From sequence record NC_028659.1: a stretch of DNA of 64,000 bases, one strand, 5' to 3'. The DNA comes from Klebsiella phage vB_KpnM_KB57. Shown here one piece after another: positions 20,031 to 29,546 of the stretch (its first letter is position 1; every line of letters begins with the position of its first letter). Made by a program: the position numbers and the translations under genes. The notes below the pieces were generated by a model. The model saw only the letters and a program-made list of their open reading frames with translations. It had not been told where the DNA came from and did not search any database.

Positions 20031-20067
20031 AAAATGAAAAAAGGGAGAGGTGATTAACACCTCCCCC
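20031..20067 (-). terminator. rho-independent terminator after major capsid gene
   Basis: Minus-strand 10-bp GC-rich stem (GGGGGAGGUG/CACCUCUCCC) followed by UUUUUUCAUUUU. Confidence 0.6.
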
Positions 20068-20091
20068 TCTTAGAGGTAGCTTTAAGCTATA

Positions 20092-21105
20092 TTACGCGAA
20101 AGTACCAGTCAGTTTAACAACCAGCTCTGGGCGGCAGTTAACTGTCAGGAAGGAGGTTTCAGATTCAACCTTCTCTTCACGCAGGTAAGCAGAAGATTTG
20201 TACCACAGGTACAGTTCTTGTGCCGGAGTGTTCGCTTCACGAACATCGTCTGCTGGCGCGTAGTGGATCTGGAACATGTTGTCGATACCGCGTGGCAGCA
20301 TGTAAGCTTCACCGTCCGGGATGTAGCCGGAGATATCTTCGATGTACAGAACGTTCTTATGAACGAAGGAACGGTTGTTAGCGTTCTCTTGTCCGTCACC
20401 AAGACGACGGCGCAGCGGTTCTTGAGTGGAACTGTAGTATTGGTATGCGTTCATGATCAGCGGGTGACCTACGAAAGCAGAGAACCATTTACGAGAAGCC
20501 AGGACTACGATGTCGTAGTTGTTTCCGTTGTCACCAGCGTTGTCGATGATGAATGCACGACCATCGTTTTCGAGCAGGTCAGACGGGTCAACTGCAACGT
20601 CAGTGAAATCTACGTTAACAACTTCCTGGGTAACACCCCATTCGGTGAAGTAGTTATACTGAGCGGTCGGGTCCTGCGGTGCCCAAGATTTACCCATGAT
20701 TGCCTGAAGCATTGCTTTTTCTTTAAGCTGTTCATGAGAAATACGGATACGACGAACAACACGTTCAACTACATCCTGTACAGATTTAGGAGCGTCCGCA
20801 GTGAAATATTTACGGAAGTTCTGTACGTCTGCCGGAGTGATCTGACGATCCAGCGGGAAGAACGGGATGTTGAAGTTTTTCAGTTGGGCCTTTTCAGTAC
20901 CAACGTAGTTACGTTCACCCTGACGACGACGAGCTGGGAAGTCGGTTACAACTTCGTCAACACGCTCGATCTGGGCGATAGTAGAGACACCGTGATAAGC
21001 CTCGAAAAGGTTCATGTTGGTGATCATACGGTACTGACGAGGTACAATTTCCAGAGTTGCGCCTAGGTCAACGATCTGGAAATCATTAGTGCGTACTACT
21101 GCCAT
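20092..21105 (-). CDS. major capsid protein
   Basis: 337 aa; position after scaffold/decoration genes; strongly codon-optimised; followed by a strong terminator. Confidence 0.7.
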   Translation of the reverse strand: MAVVRTNDFQIVDLGATLEIVPRQYRMITNMNLFEAYHGVSTIAQIERVDEVVTDFPARRRQGERNYVGTEKAQLKNFNIPFFPLDRQITPADVQNFRKYFTADAPKSVQDVVERVVRRIRISHEQLKEKAMLQAIMGKSWAPQDPTAQYNYFTEWGVTQEVVNVDFTDVAVDPSDLLENDGRAFIIDNAGDNGNNYDIVVLASRKWFSAFVGHPLIMNAYQYYSSTQEPLRRRLGDGQENANNRSFVHKNVLYIEDISGYIPDGEAYMLPRGIDNMFQIHYAPADDVREANTPAQELYLWYKSSAYLREEKVESETSFLTVNCRPELVVKLTGTFA

Positions 21106-21125
21106 TATTTTCTCCTTGGTGTAGA

Positions 21126-21548
21126 TTAGATAGACGTTACTGGGATCTCAACGGAGCCGTCGTAATATTTATCAGTGATCTTCAGACCTTTGGCCTCAAG
21201 AGCAGCGATAGCAGCAGCGTTGATAGCAGTAGTACCGTCAGCAAAGAACAGTTTGGATTTGTTCAGGGTCAGACCACGAACAGCAACCACGAAATTGTAT
21301 TTTTGACCAACTACGAAAGGACGTGGCATGGTGTAAGAAGAAGTCACCAGGTCGCGGTCGGTGATTACACCAAATGCGCTTGCAGCGTCGGCAGTTGCAG
21401 CCAGAGTACCATCAGACTTAACGATCATACCGGCCTTCAGCCCTGCGGAATAAGTGATTTCCATTTCCAGGAAGCTGTAGCCCTGATCAGAAGAATCAAC
21501 TTTACCCAGGACGATGTCAGAGTAGAACCCTTGAATCGGATTAGCCAT
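21126..21548 (-). CDS. head decoration / accessory capsid protein (putative)
   Basis: 140 aa between scaffold and capsid genes. Confidence 0.35.
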   Translation of the reverse strand: MANPIQGFYSDIVLGKVDSSDQGYSFLEMEITYSAGLKAGMIVKSDGTLAATADAASAFGVITDRDLVTSSYTMPRPFVVGQKYNFVVAVRGLTLNKSKLFFADGTTAINAAAIAALEAKGLKITDKYYDGSVEIPVTSI

Positions 21549-21567
21549 TTATATTATCTCCTCGATA

Positions 21568-22563
21568 TTAGGCAGTTTTGCGAGCGCGAGCAGCTTCTAG
21601 AGCTTTCTGCACGTTAGCTTTAAGAACATCTTCGGCGGACTTAGCTAGGTCTTCAGTAACAACCTCTTGGTTGATACCATTTTCCTGAGTACCGAACTCT
21701 TTCTTCACAGTTTCAACTTCTGTTTCCAGTTCGCTAATACGAGCTTGGGCTTTTTCCAGAAGAGCTACCACTGGGGCGTTAGCTTTTTCAATGATGAAGT
21801 CAGCAAGAGATTCATGGTCTTCTTCAGCGGCAAAAGTAAAACCTTTGGCTTTTGTAAGAGCATTTTTCTTTTCTGCTTCAACAGCAGCCTTGATAATCAG
21901 TTCTGCTTGGGCATTTTTTGCATTAGCTTCTTCAAGCTTTTTAACCAGGTCCAGGTACTCCTGGGATTTGGTTACATCAACAGTATCGGACACAGAGGTC
22001 TCCTTGTTTTCAATTGTATTTTGAACAGGTACGTCTGGTTTAGCAGCGTCCTTGATGACCTCAGTCTCCTGAGTGTCTTTGGCATCAAAAATGACACCGT
22101 GCTCTGCAACACCCTTCTCAAACATCTGTTGGAGTTTGATTAGTTCATATTGCTTCACAAGGTCCAGCTCTTCACCTGCATTTGCAGCTTTGGCGATAGA
22201 GATGGACTCCATCTTCGATTCTAACCATTCTTGGTTATCATCATTCCAACGTTGCAGCCATTCATCATCAGGATTTTCAGCAGCAGCGTTTTCCAGTTCT
22301 GTTTCGAAGCCCAAAAGTTTGGCAAGGAGTTCAGCATCACTACTCCACATATCGAAGAAGCGACGAAGGAATTCTTCAAAGCTCATATCGACAGTAACTT
22401 GGCGAAGTGCCTTAACCACGTCTTTGGTAATCTGTTCAGGTGCAAGGTCAGACTTCATCAGAAGACTAACCGGACGCATATTTGCAGAATAACCTTGACT
22501 CTCGTGGCAGAGTGCGATACCCTTATCCTTAATAGTTTTGGCCTTGACTACGAGTGCGCTCAT
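21568..22563 (-). CDS. scaffolding protein
   Basis: Acidic, Ala/Glu/Lys-rich coiled-coil sequence (…AEAEKKNALTKAKG…ARISELETEVETVKKE…); position between protease and capsid genes. Confidence 0.55.
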   Translation of the reverse strand: MSALVVKAKTIKDKGIALCHESQGYSANMRPVSLLMKSDLAPEQITKDVVKALRQVTVDMSFEEFLRRFFDMWSSDAELLAKLLGFETELENAAAENPDDEWLQRWNDDNQEWLESKMESISIAKAANAGEELDLVKQYELIKLQQMFEKGVAEHGVIFDAKDTQETEVIKDAAKPDVPVQNTIENKETSVSDTVDVTKSQEYLDLVKKLEEANAKNAQAELIIKAAVEAEKKNALTKAKGFTFAAEEDHESLADFIIEKANAPVVALLEKAQARISELETEVETVKKEFGTQENGINQEVVTEDLAKSAEDVLKANVQKALEAARARKTA

Positions 22564-23189
22564 TCGTTTTCCTCGGCAATCTCAATCCCGAAATCGAGTC
22601 CGGTGATTTCACCAGTCTCCTTGTCTGTGTAGCCAGAGCATTGAATGCTCAGTCCACCGACAGCGTTGGCCTTTTTCAAGAGCCACAGTTCAGGATCATT
22701 GTATTTAACCTTAGCTACCCAGGTGCCAGCTTTAATGATTTGCTCGCTACCGATAACCACGACATCAAACTCTTCTTGAATCCAAGTCTTCTCGATGGTA
22801 AAGGCATCAGTCTCGACAATGTGGAACAGGTTCTCTTTAACAAGACCAGCCGCTCGCGCAGCATCGAAACTTTCCTTACCTTTGACGATTGTCTCTGGAG
22901 ACATCCATTCACCGTGGGCATCCCTAGTGTTTGGTTCATAAATGACTTCGTAAGAAATCATTTGTTCTCCAGCATCTTTGACAACAGATACAGGCTTGGC
23001 ATTCTTTTGAATTGCTGTCTTCTTCAGCCCTACATGGAGTACATCTTTAGATGCTTTCTCAATAGCGGCTTCAGGAGATAGGCCTGAATCAATCAGGCCA
23101 TTTGCGAGAACCAGCACCTTGCTCTTCTGAATGAGAGACAGATTCGATACTGATGCAGGAAGGTCAGCAATACTTGAGTATTTCATCAT
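22560..23189 (-). CDS. prohead maturation protease (putative)
   Basis: 209 aa immediately after portal and overlapping the scaffold start; typical portal-protease-scaffold-capsid order. Confidence 0.35.
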   Translation of the reverse strand: MMKYSSIADLPASVSNLSLIQKSKVLVLANGLIDSGLSPEAAIEKASKDVLHVGLKKTAIQKNAKPVSVVKDAGEQMISYEVIYEPNTRDAHGEWMSPETIVKGKESFDAARAAGLVKENLFHIVETDAFTIEKTWIQEEFDVVVIGSEQIIKAGTWVAKVKYNDPELWLLKKANAVGGLSIQCSGYTDKETGEITGLDFGIEIAEENE

Positions 23190-23253
23190 TTTCCCCGTTG
23201 ATAGTTATTTTAACACCGTTTATTTTCTTTTGCAAGTTATTTCAGTGAGTTGC

Positions 23254-24801
23254 TTAGTTATCCAAGTTAGAGACAGAATTATCTCTTACTTTAGACGTCC
23301 CATTACCAGAAGTACCTTGCTTCATTCCATCACCGGAGCGACTGGTATCTTCCCCAAGGATCTTGAGTAGTTCCTCTTGAGATGTGTTTTCAGGAATCTC
23401 TTCATCAAACCCACCAACCTCAAGGATCTTGTTGATAACTGTAGGTGTCTTCGGCAGATAACCAACAGCACCAATTCTCTGAACAAATTTGGAGAAGCTT
23501 TCCATATCAACTTCCTGGATAGCTCCAGGCTTAAGTCTTGGCATGTCTTCATCAGACAAACGGATATTATTAAGAGCGAGTAGTTGAGGAATCAAGTTCT
23601 TGTTGAATGATTCACAAATAATATCGATATCTCGTTGAACAAAATGTCCGTGGATTGTTTGTTTTGATTCCGACAGGTTGTAAGACCCTTGACCATCATT
23701 CCCTAAGTTGATGAATCCCGCACCAAATCTGTCCAAGATCGCCTTCTTACGCTCTTGTATTAGGTCCTTGGTACTGTACTGTTTACCAACCCCATCGATT
23801 CCCTTAAGGGTCATCTTATACTGCTCACCGCCCTTATCATTCATATCTGAAGGTAAGATGAAGTAAGATTGTTCACCTGAATGTGCGTTTGCAGCGTCAG
23901 CCATCAGGCCACGAACCATATCTGCTTCAGGTGATCTCGGGTCCATAGATGCCTTATTCAGAATTGAAGAAGGGATCTTTAATTCAATGATACCGCCGAG
24001 GTCCTTAGATGCCCCTATAACTTCGAGGTTTTCGATCAGGATTTTTTCACGGAATGCACGGTAACAACCAACAAGAGGTGATACACCTGTAGGGTTTGAT
24101 TCTGTCCCACCAAGAGACATTATCATCAACTTATTCACAGGAATGAATTTCTCATCCGCACTTCCTGACAGATTTGTGACGAGACTCATGGCCCCAGCAA
24201 TCTGGTTCATCCCGTTCTGGAAATTAGCAAAAGCTAGTGCGCTTTGATAAACACCTGTGATTGTCCTTCCATCATCGCTGAAGACAAAAGGTTTTGTACG
24301 AGAGAGGCTTGACTGAGGACGGAAAGCAATTTTGTCGATCGTCATATAGCCTGCGTACTTAGATGGCGCGGATTCTGTTCTGTAGACCTTTTCGAATACA
24401 GAGAAACCATACTCGTTAAATGTCGCAGCACTTCTCGCCACATCGCGAAGCGTCTGTTGGTTAGCAAGATTCTTCAGAGCATACTCGACGAAATCTGCCG
24501 CTTTTTTAGACTCTTCACTATCTCGGTTGAAAAGAATTTTAAAATCATTGAAAGCCTTGGTGACAAAAACATATTTCGTATCCAGCGCTGTGGCAACAGT
24601 ATGGTCTTGCTTCATGGAATCCACTGTTGCGAGGAACATAGGCCAGCGGAGTTCTTCAACCTTCATAATCTCAGATTCAGCACGAATCTGAGACAATGCT
24701 CCACTACCCAGTTCTCCAGTACGGACACGACTCACAGCAAGGTTTTCATTCCCTGCTTTTGCCACCGCATTCTTTCTTTTTCTGTTTCTGCGATTTGACA
24801 C
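23254..24801 (-). CDS. portal protein
   Basis: 515 aa directly downstream of the large terminase; size and position. Confidence 0.7.
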   Translation of the reverse strand: MSNRRNRKRKNAVAKAGNENLAVSRVRTGELGSGALSQIRAESEIMKVEELRWPMFLATVDSMKQDHTVATALDTKYVFVTKAFNDFKILFNRDSEESKKAADFVEYALKNLANQQTLRDVARSAATFNEYGFSVFEKVYRTESAPSKYAGYMTIDKIAFRPQSSLSRTKPFVFSDDGRTITGVYQSALAFANFQNGMNQIAGAMSLVTNLSGSADEKFIPVNKLMIMSLGGTESNPTGVSPLVGCYRAFREKILIENLEVIGASKDLGGIIELKIPSSILNKASMDPRSPEADMVRGLMADAANAHSGEQSYFILPSDMNDKGGEQYKMTLKGIDGVGKQYSTKDLIQERKKAILDRFGAGFINLGNDGQGSYNLSESKQTIHGHFVQRDIDIICESFNKNLIPQLLALNNIRLSDEDMPRLKPGAIQEVDMESFSKFVQRIGAVGYLPKTPTVINKILEVGGFDEEIPENTSQEELLKILGEDTSRSGDGMKQGTSGNGTSKVRDNSVSNLDN

Positions 24802-24816
24802 GAGTCATCCCCTCTA

Positions 24817-26340
24817 TTATAATCGTGTATACATAGTCGGAGCAACAATCCTTGGGATTACGACAGGTCTGATGATCTCCGTTTTCTCCAGGAAGTTAAT
24901 ACCTGAAGAGATGGCGTCAACCCAGTCGTCCTTACGGGACACAGTGCTTCGCTCGCCATTAAATTTCTCAAGTTCATTCATGAGGGCTTCATATGTCTTT
25001 GCGTCAAAACTGTTACGGACAATACGAACAAAGCCTTGTTGTGCAAGCTGGGCAAAGGGTGCGAAACGAGTAAGTTTCGACTTGTTGCCTGGCGTAGGGT
25101 CTTTCTCAACCACATAACCATCCGCGAGCAATGCTCTTGAGCTGGTGAGGAATTCGCTTATACCAGCTTGGCCTGGGTCAACTGAGAAAATAATCGTTAC
25201 ATCATCACCATCATGTTCTGCTTGTTTTTTGATAATTGCATCACGTTCGCCAGCCTTCTTACAGAAGCGGCCTTGAGTTCCTGTGGAATAGAGACCATCA
25301 TCAACGAACTCGGCACAATAATCACCGGATAAATAGTAAAAACCCTCGGTGTCTTTACTCACTTTCACGGAGGCTGTAAAGTCAGGATGTCTGTTACCAG
25401 ATGTCCTTTCAGTTCCTGCCTTATCGTATGGCCTTACAGATGTGCAACCTAAAGGTAGACATGCCACCTCTTTCAAATAGGATCTTTGAAAATAGTTTGC
25501 ACCCTCAGGGCGAGCATTCCAGTTACCATAAAGTAACTGTGCCTTTTCAACTTCAGGAAGCCCTTTCAGGAATGCCAGATATTCTTTGTTATTCTCCAGC
25601 ATCGGAGGGTTATCATAAATGTTAGCGGAGATGAAGGAAAATGTCAGAGCATCGTCGGCGTCATCACCATAAAGCTCTCTCAGTTCTTCTTGAGACTCAC
25701 CCCAGACAAAGTTACCATCTTGACGGAGGAACCAACGGATGACACCGTCACGCTCAGGGATTGGATATCCATCATCGTCAAGATACCAATCGATAAGTTC
25801 TTTTATTTTGTGATCCGGGTCCGGGTTACAAGAAATTACCATGCGACTTGGGTATTTAGATTCAGAACGTAGACGAGAGATTAGGTAGTCGATCTGCTCC
25901 CATTCGAACTGGCATCCTTCATCGAAACCAACAAAAGTGTACTGAAGACCCTGGTGGTTAAGTTTGTCCTTCACATATTCCATGTGAGACCATTTTACCT
26001 TTGCGCCAGGACGACCCTTTTTGAATGTCTGTGTCTCCGCGTCAAAGTATGGGAATATTGCCTCAAGCTCTTTCTCTCTAAAGCGTGGTTTCCATGCATC
26101 AGGTAGTTCATTATAAATGCTTTGTGCTGTATCAAATAAACCACCCTGGCCTTTCAACTGAGGTGTGGTTCTACGGAACATGATACAGTTCGATTTTGGA
26201 TCATCGATATATGCTAAAGGCATTAATTGTAACAGATACGATTTACCTGACCCCGCAGCGCCCCCAATGATCAGGATTTGCGCCTTATTTTCCAGGATCA
26301 TTTTCTGCTTAGGGCTGGCGGGTCCAAAAGTCTTACTCAA
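24817..26340 (-). CDS. terL: terminase large subunit
   Basis: Walker A LIIGGAAGSGKSY near the N-terminus; C-terminal nuclease-like acidic residues; TTG start with GGAGGT SD; a TATAAT box about 14 nt upstream. Confidence 0.85.
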   Translation of the reverse strand: MSKTFGPASPKQKMILENKAQILIIGGAAGSGKSYLLQLMPLAYIDDPKSNCIMFRRTTPQLKGQGGLFDTAQSIYNELPDAWKPRFREKELEAIFPYFDAETQTFKKGRPGAKVKWSHMEYVKDKLNHQGLQYTFVGFDEGCQFEWEQIDYLISRLRSESKYPSRMVISCNPDPDHKIKELIDWYLDDDGYPIPERDGVIRWFLRQDGNFVWGESQEELRELYGDDADDALTFSFISANIYDNPPMLENNKEYLAFLKGLPEVEKAQLLYGNWNARPEGANYFQRSYLKEVACLPLGCTSVRPYDKAGTERTSGNRHPDFTASVKVSKDTEGFYYLSGDYCAEFVDDGLYSTGTQGRFCKKAGERDAIIKKQAEHDGDDVTIIFSVDPGQAGISEFLTSSRALLADGYVVEKDPTPGNKSKLTRFAPFAQLAQQGFVRIVRNSFDAKTYEALMNELEKFNGERSTVSRKDDWVDAISSGINFLEKTEIIRPVVIPRIVAPTMYTRL

Positions 26341-26387
26341 AGGACCTCCATTATTATATGCTATAGGAGGATTTTACCACGAAAGAT

Positions 26388-26422
26388 CATAAAAATAAAG
26401 CCCTTATCACTAAATAAGGGCC
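26388..26422 (-). terminator. rho-independent terminator after spanin genes
   Basis: Minus-strand GCCCUUA...UAAGGGC hairpin followed by UUUAUUUUUAU. Confidence 0.5.
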
Positions 26423-26429
26423 TTGTCAA

Positions 26430-26720
26430 TCACTTTTGAGGTGTAAATATGTTACGAATGTATGCCTGAAGGATAAGTAACTTGCTACGTGTATCCGCTG
26501 CTTCAAGATTATTTTTCTTAACAATAGCACTGTTTTTAGCGTTATCAGCACCATAAGGAAGTGGTGTTGGGTCAGTAGGTGGGATCATAGCGTAAGCAGG
26601 GGGCTTAGAAAGCACCTCAGAGGGATTAAACTTCTCAACCACTGGAACTACCTTCTGTGGAGACTCGCATCCAACCAGCATGATTACAGAGAGGAATATG
26701 GCAAGCAAACTCTTTCTCAT
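26430..26720 (-). CDS. o-spanin (Rz1-like outer-membrane lipoprotein)
   Basis: Signal peptide with lipobox LVGC, Pro-rich mature part (PTDPTPLPYG), 96 aa; start overlaps the upstream gene. Confidence 0.55.
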   Translation of the reverse strand: MRKSLLAIFLSVIMLVGCESPQKVVPVVEKFNPSEVLSKPPAYAMIPPTDPTPLPYGADNAKNSAIVKKNNLEAADTRSKLLILQAYIRNIFTPQK

Positions 26721-27121
26721 TTAACCCCCAAGCTTTCATTATAGATATCAACAAAATCGTTATCCAGCCCAAACTTTTTACCTGCTTCAGATTTGTTATA
26801 TGCCTCTTGTTTTTCATCGAGGCGAGACCTAAGCAGTTCATTCTTAGCTTTCTCTTCTGCAAGCTGACGACTTAGTTCATCCGAAAAGTCTTGCTGCCCA
26901 TTTTTAAAATCTTGATTTGCATCTTTGTTGTTTCTCATTTGCAGATCCCATTTGTTATCCGTATCATTAACTCCACGGCTATAGGCCTGCTGTATTTGGT
27001 AATCATACCACCCCTTAACTTCAAAAGCGCCCCACAGGAGCGCCAGAGAAAGGACAGCAATGATAACCAGTTTGGTATGTCCCTTGATAAAGGTCAAAAC
27101 CATACTGATAAAATCCATCAT
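26717..27121 (-). CDS. i-spanin (Rz-like)
   Basis: N-terminal TM (LVIIAVLSLALLWGAF) plus coiled-coil periplasmic domain; immediately upstream of the lipoprotein gene with a 4-nt overlap. Confidence 0.55.
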   Translation of the reverse strand: MMDFISMVLTFIKGHTKLVIIAVLSLALLWGAFEVKGWYDYQIQQAYSRGVNDTDNKWDLQMRNNKDANQDFKNGQQDFSDELSRQLAEEKAKNELLRSRLDEKQEAYNKSEAGKKFGLDNDFVDIYNESLGVK

Positions 27122-28575
27122 GAGAGATCCCCATCACAATCTAATAATTCAACAATGGTCACTTTATTTCGAGGCGCTTTATCTTCTCGGTTTACAGATA
27201 CTCTACCATCACCCTCGTATTCAAGGGCAAGTGGGTCTTCCACGTCAACTTTAAAGAGGCAAGCTCCAGGTTCTATCGCTCCTGCGTGCCAACTGCCCTG
27301 AACCCCATTCTTGCATAAGAGCTTGTACCTCTCTTGTGCAGCATCAAGATCAAAATAAATCCTGATCTTATCTAGCATCTCTGGATTGTCGATGCTATTG
27401 CTGTTAAGACCGAATACGTGTTTTTCGGTATGCGCCTGCATCATGTAAAAATGCACAGCACTAGATACAGCCCAGAATTCCTTGAAATACAGGCGATCGG
27501 TGTTTTTACGCAGGCGTTGGAAAACATTGAAGATATCTTTAGCTTCGAGATTAAAACGCCGTTGGCCTTTACGCTTGTCGGTGATAGTGGCAATCGTGCT
27601 GATAGCAATATCACCTGCATTATCCAGTTTATCAAATAATCCCTCAAATGAAAACGGCTCTTTTGTATCGAAGAGTTCTTCAACGTTTGTCCCATACATA
27701 CCGCTAAGATGCTTTTTGGCATCTTCCCAGCTTTCCATTTTGAGACTTGCGGCTGCTACACCTAACTTCATTGTCTCACGTCGGGAGATTGTATAGCCAC
27801 GGGCCTCATACTTGGATGCTCGGAGCATACTGATAATTGGGTAATCTGTGGCCGGATTAAGCACCAACACTTTTTGTGCAGCATGTTTAAGGAAACGACT
27901 ATCAAACACCCATGTTTCATCACCAAATGAGAAGGCACCCATATTGATGGTATAGTCAAACTTATCAAAGATCTGCCCAGCGTTCTCAAATACCGAGAAT
28001 GCAATGCATTGCAGCACCGGATTAGAACCCTCTGAAAACATAATGCTTTTATCTGTCATGCCAATATTACGAACATATGAGACTTTCTTCTTTCTACTTT
28101 CGAGCAGTTTTTCAATACCATCCCAAGTCGATTCAGAGATATCAGACAGATCAAAAGGGCAGTCACTGGCAAACTTATCTTCCATCTCCAAGATCTCTTG
28201 CTTAGACACTTTCTGAGAAAGAACCTTGAATCTTGGCGCACGGGATTCCCATACCTCTTTCCCATTGTCTAAAATGAAGAAATCACGATAAACACGTTTC
28301 TCTTCATTGTATCCCATCGTTTTAGGTGACAGGTCATGTTCACCTTTTCGTAGGTCTATATCCATCATGTAAGTAATGAAGATCTCCAAGTCATCCCATG
28401 AACGGAAGTACAGGTCGAGATCATTAACTTCCCGGTTGGTAAAGAGAGCCGTGATAGCGCCACCTGCGATTATAACATCGAGGCTACGAAGGATATGGTA
28501 AATATCCTCAGAGAAAAAACTTTTTAGTAAACGGTATTCTCGAAGATGCTCATTCTTCTCGTAAGTGTGGATCAT
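27118..28575 (-). CDS. Pol-beta-type nucleotidyltransferase (CCA-adding-enzyme-like, putative)
   Basis: Start chosen at MIHTYEK (ATG 28575, SD AAAGGAGA). Motif VIIAGGAITALFTNREVNDLDLYF follows the hG[GS]x9-13DhD nucleotidyltransferase signature and the GGAVRDxLLG...DxD head motif of class II tRNA nucleotidyltransferases. Adjacent to the tRNA cluster. Confidence 0.35.
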   Translation of the reverse strand: MIHTYEKNEHLREYRLLKSFFSEDIYHILRSLDVIIAGGAITALFTNREVNDLDLYFRSWDDLEIFITYMMDIDLRKGEHDLSPKTMGYNEEKRVYRDFFILDNGKEVWESRAPRFKVLSQKVSKQEILEMEDKFASDCPFDLSDISESTWDGIEKLLESRKKKVSYVRNIGMTDKSIMFSEGSNPVLQCIAFSVFENAGQIFDKFDYTINMGAFSFGDETWVFDSRFLKHAAQKVLVLNPATDYPIISMLRASKYEARGYTISRRETMKLGVAAASLKMESWEDAKKHLSGMYGTNVEELFDTKEPFSFEGLFDKLDNAGDIAISTIATITDKRKGQRRFNLEAKDIFNVFQRLRKNTDRLYFKEFWAVSSAVHFYMMQAHTEKHVFGLNSNSIDNPEMLDKIRIYFDLDAAQERYKLLCKNGVQGSWHAGAIEPGACLFKVDVEDPLALEYEGDGRVSVNREDKAPRNKVTIVELLDCDGDLS

Positions 28576-28610
28576 TCTGGTCTCCTTTAGTAAGTTACTT
28601 TTAGAGTGTA

Positions 28611-28641
28611 CCAGAAAAAGAAAAGCCCCGCAAGAGCGGGG
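28611..28641 (-). terminator. rho-independent terminator downstream of tRNA cluster
   Basis: Minus-strand GCCCCGC-UCUU-GCGGGGC hairpin followed by UUUUCUUUUUCUGG. Confidence 0.6.
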
Positions 28642-28803
28642 CGAGGCAAAGGAGAGGAGATATAAGAATTTATTGTTATAAGAATTTTGCATTCAGTGCC
28701 TGTGCCACCAGGGTGATGGTTTCGTCCTTACGGCTTGTCCACCTGAACAACATGGCTTTTCACCATTGATCATACGAAAAGGCTTTCGTCTACACTGAAA
28801 TTT

Positions 28804-28885
28804 TGGATGCGTGGATGGGAGTCGAACCCACAATTTTCGGCTTATGAGGCCAACGTGATCTATATATCCGTTTCACTAACACGCA
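28804..28885 (-). tRNA. tRNA-Met/Ile2 (anticodon CAT)
   Basis: Hand-folded cloverleaf: T-arm GUGGG-UUCGACU-CCCAU, anticodon loop CUCAUAA, 3' CCA encoded. Confidence 0.55.
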
Positions 28886-28891
28886 ATTATT

Positions 28892-28966
28892 TGGTGCAAC
28901 CTTCAGGTAACGATCCTGACTATCTGGCTTTTCAGGCCAGCACACATCCGTCTATGTCAAAGTTGC
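28892..28966 (-). tRNA. tRNA-Phe (GAA), atypical T-loop
   Basis: Acceptor GCAACUU/AGGUUGC, anticodon stem CUGGC/GCCAG, loop CUGAAAA, discriminator A + CCA. T-loop AUCGUUA is non-canonical. Confidence 0.45.
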
Positions 28967-28972
28967 ATAATG

Positions 28973-29049
28973 TGGTGGGCGACAGGGGACTCGAACCCCC
29001 AAAATTCGGAATCTAAATCCGACACGTATACCAATTCCATCAATCGCCC
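28973..29049 (-). tRNA. tRNA with Leu anticodon UAG but short (class I) variable loop
   Basis: Acceptor GGGCGAU/GUCGCCC, disc A, CCA; anticodon stem UCGGA/UCCGA, loop UUUAGAU; variable region only AUUUU. Confidence 0.45.
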
Positions 29050-29084
29050 GTGCGCTTGGGTCCGAAGAAGTCCAAGCCTTAATT

Positions 29085-29160
29085 TGGTGGAGTCACTGAG
29101 AATCGAACTCAGTTCTACAAGGTGCAAGCCTGTAATTTTATCCAAATAAACTATAACCCC
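29085..29160 (-). tRNA. tRNA-Ala (TGC)
   Basis: Anticodon stem ACAGG/CUUGU, loop CUUGCAC; T-arm CUGAG-UUCGAUU-CUCAG; CCA encoded. Confidence 0.55.
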
Positions 29161-29163
29161 AAT

Positions 29164-29237
29164 TGGTGTGGATGGAAGGACTCGAACCTACATCAAACGG
29201 CTTCGTAGACCGTTGCCTGTCCGTCAGGACACCCACA
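29164..29237 (-). tRNA. tRNA-Arg (ACG)
   Basis: Anticodon stem ACGGU/GCCGU, loop CUACGAA; CCA encoded. Confidence 0.5.
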
Positions 29238-29242
29238 TAATT

Positions 29243-29319
29243 TGGTCTCCATAGAGTGACTCGAACACTCAACCTCCTGGTCCCAAACCAGGCGCTCTAC
29301 ACTATTGAGCTACACGGAG
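29243..29319 (-). tRNA. tRNA-Pro (TGG)
   Basis: D-arm GCUC-AAUAGUGUA-GAGC, anticodon stem CCUGG/CCAGG, loop UUUGGGA; CCA encoded. Confidence 0.55.
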
Positions 29320-29402
29320 AGATAGGTGCAGAATTTTAATTATCCCAGACACTGCAACTGGTATCGCTGGCTAGCTAATATCATGCCCCGTTAGGGTACA
29401 AT

Positions 29403-29462
29403 TGGTTTGATACGTCGAACTCATTTTGAGTGCCTTCCGGCAATTTACATCAACATATCAAA
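29403..29462 (-). pseudogene. truncated tRNA-like element (about 60 nt)
   Basis: 7-bp acceptor-like pairing UUUGAUA/UAUCAAA + CCA and a UUCGACG T-loop-like motif, but too short for a cloverleaf. Confidence 0.25.
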
Positions 29463-29463
29463 T

Positions 29464-29539
29464 TGGCGAGGATAACGGGATTCGAACCCGTGACTCCGGC
29501 GTGACAGGCCAGTATGTTTGCCGCTAATACCATATCCCC
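29464..29539 (-). tRNA. tRNA-Asp (GTC)
   Basis: T-arm ACGGG-UUCGAAU-CCCGU, anticodon loop CUGUCAC, disc G + CCA. Confidence 0.5.
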
Positions 29540-29546
29540 ATGAATT

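Noticed and set aside
20218-21066. 282-aa plus-strand ORF antisense to the major capsid gene
   Set aside because: Lies entirely inside a strongly supported, codon-optimised capsid gene; no SD or promoter; a long antisense ORF is an expected artefact of biased codon usage.
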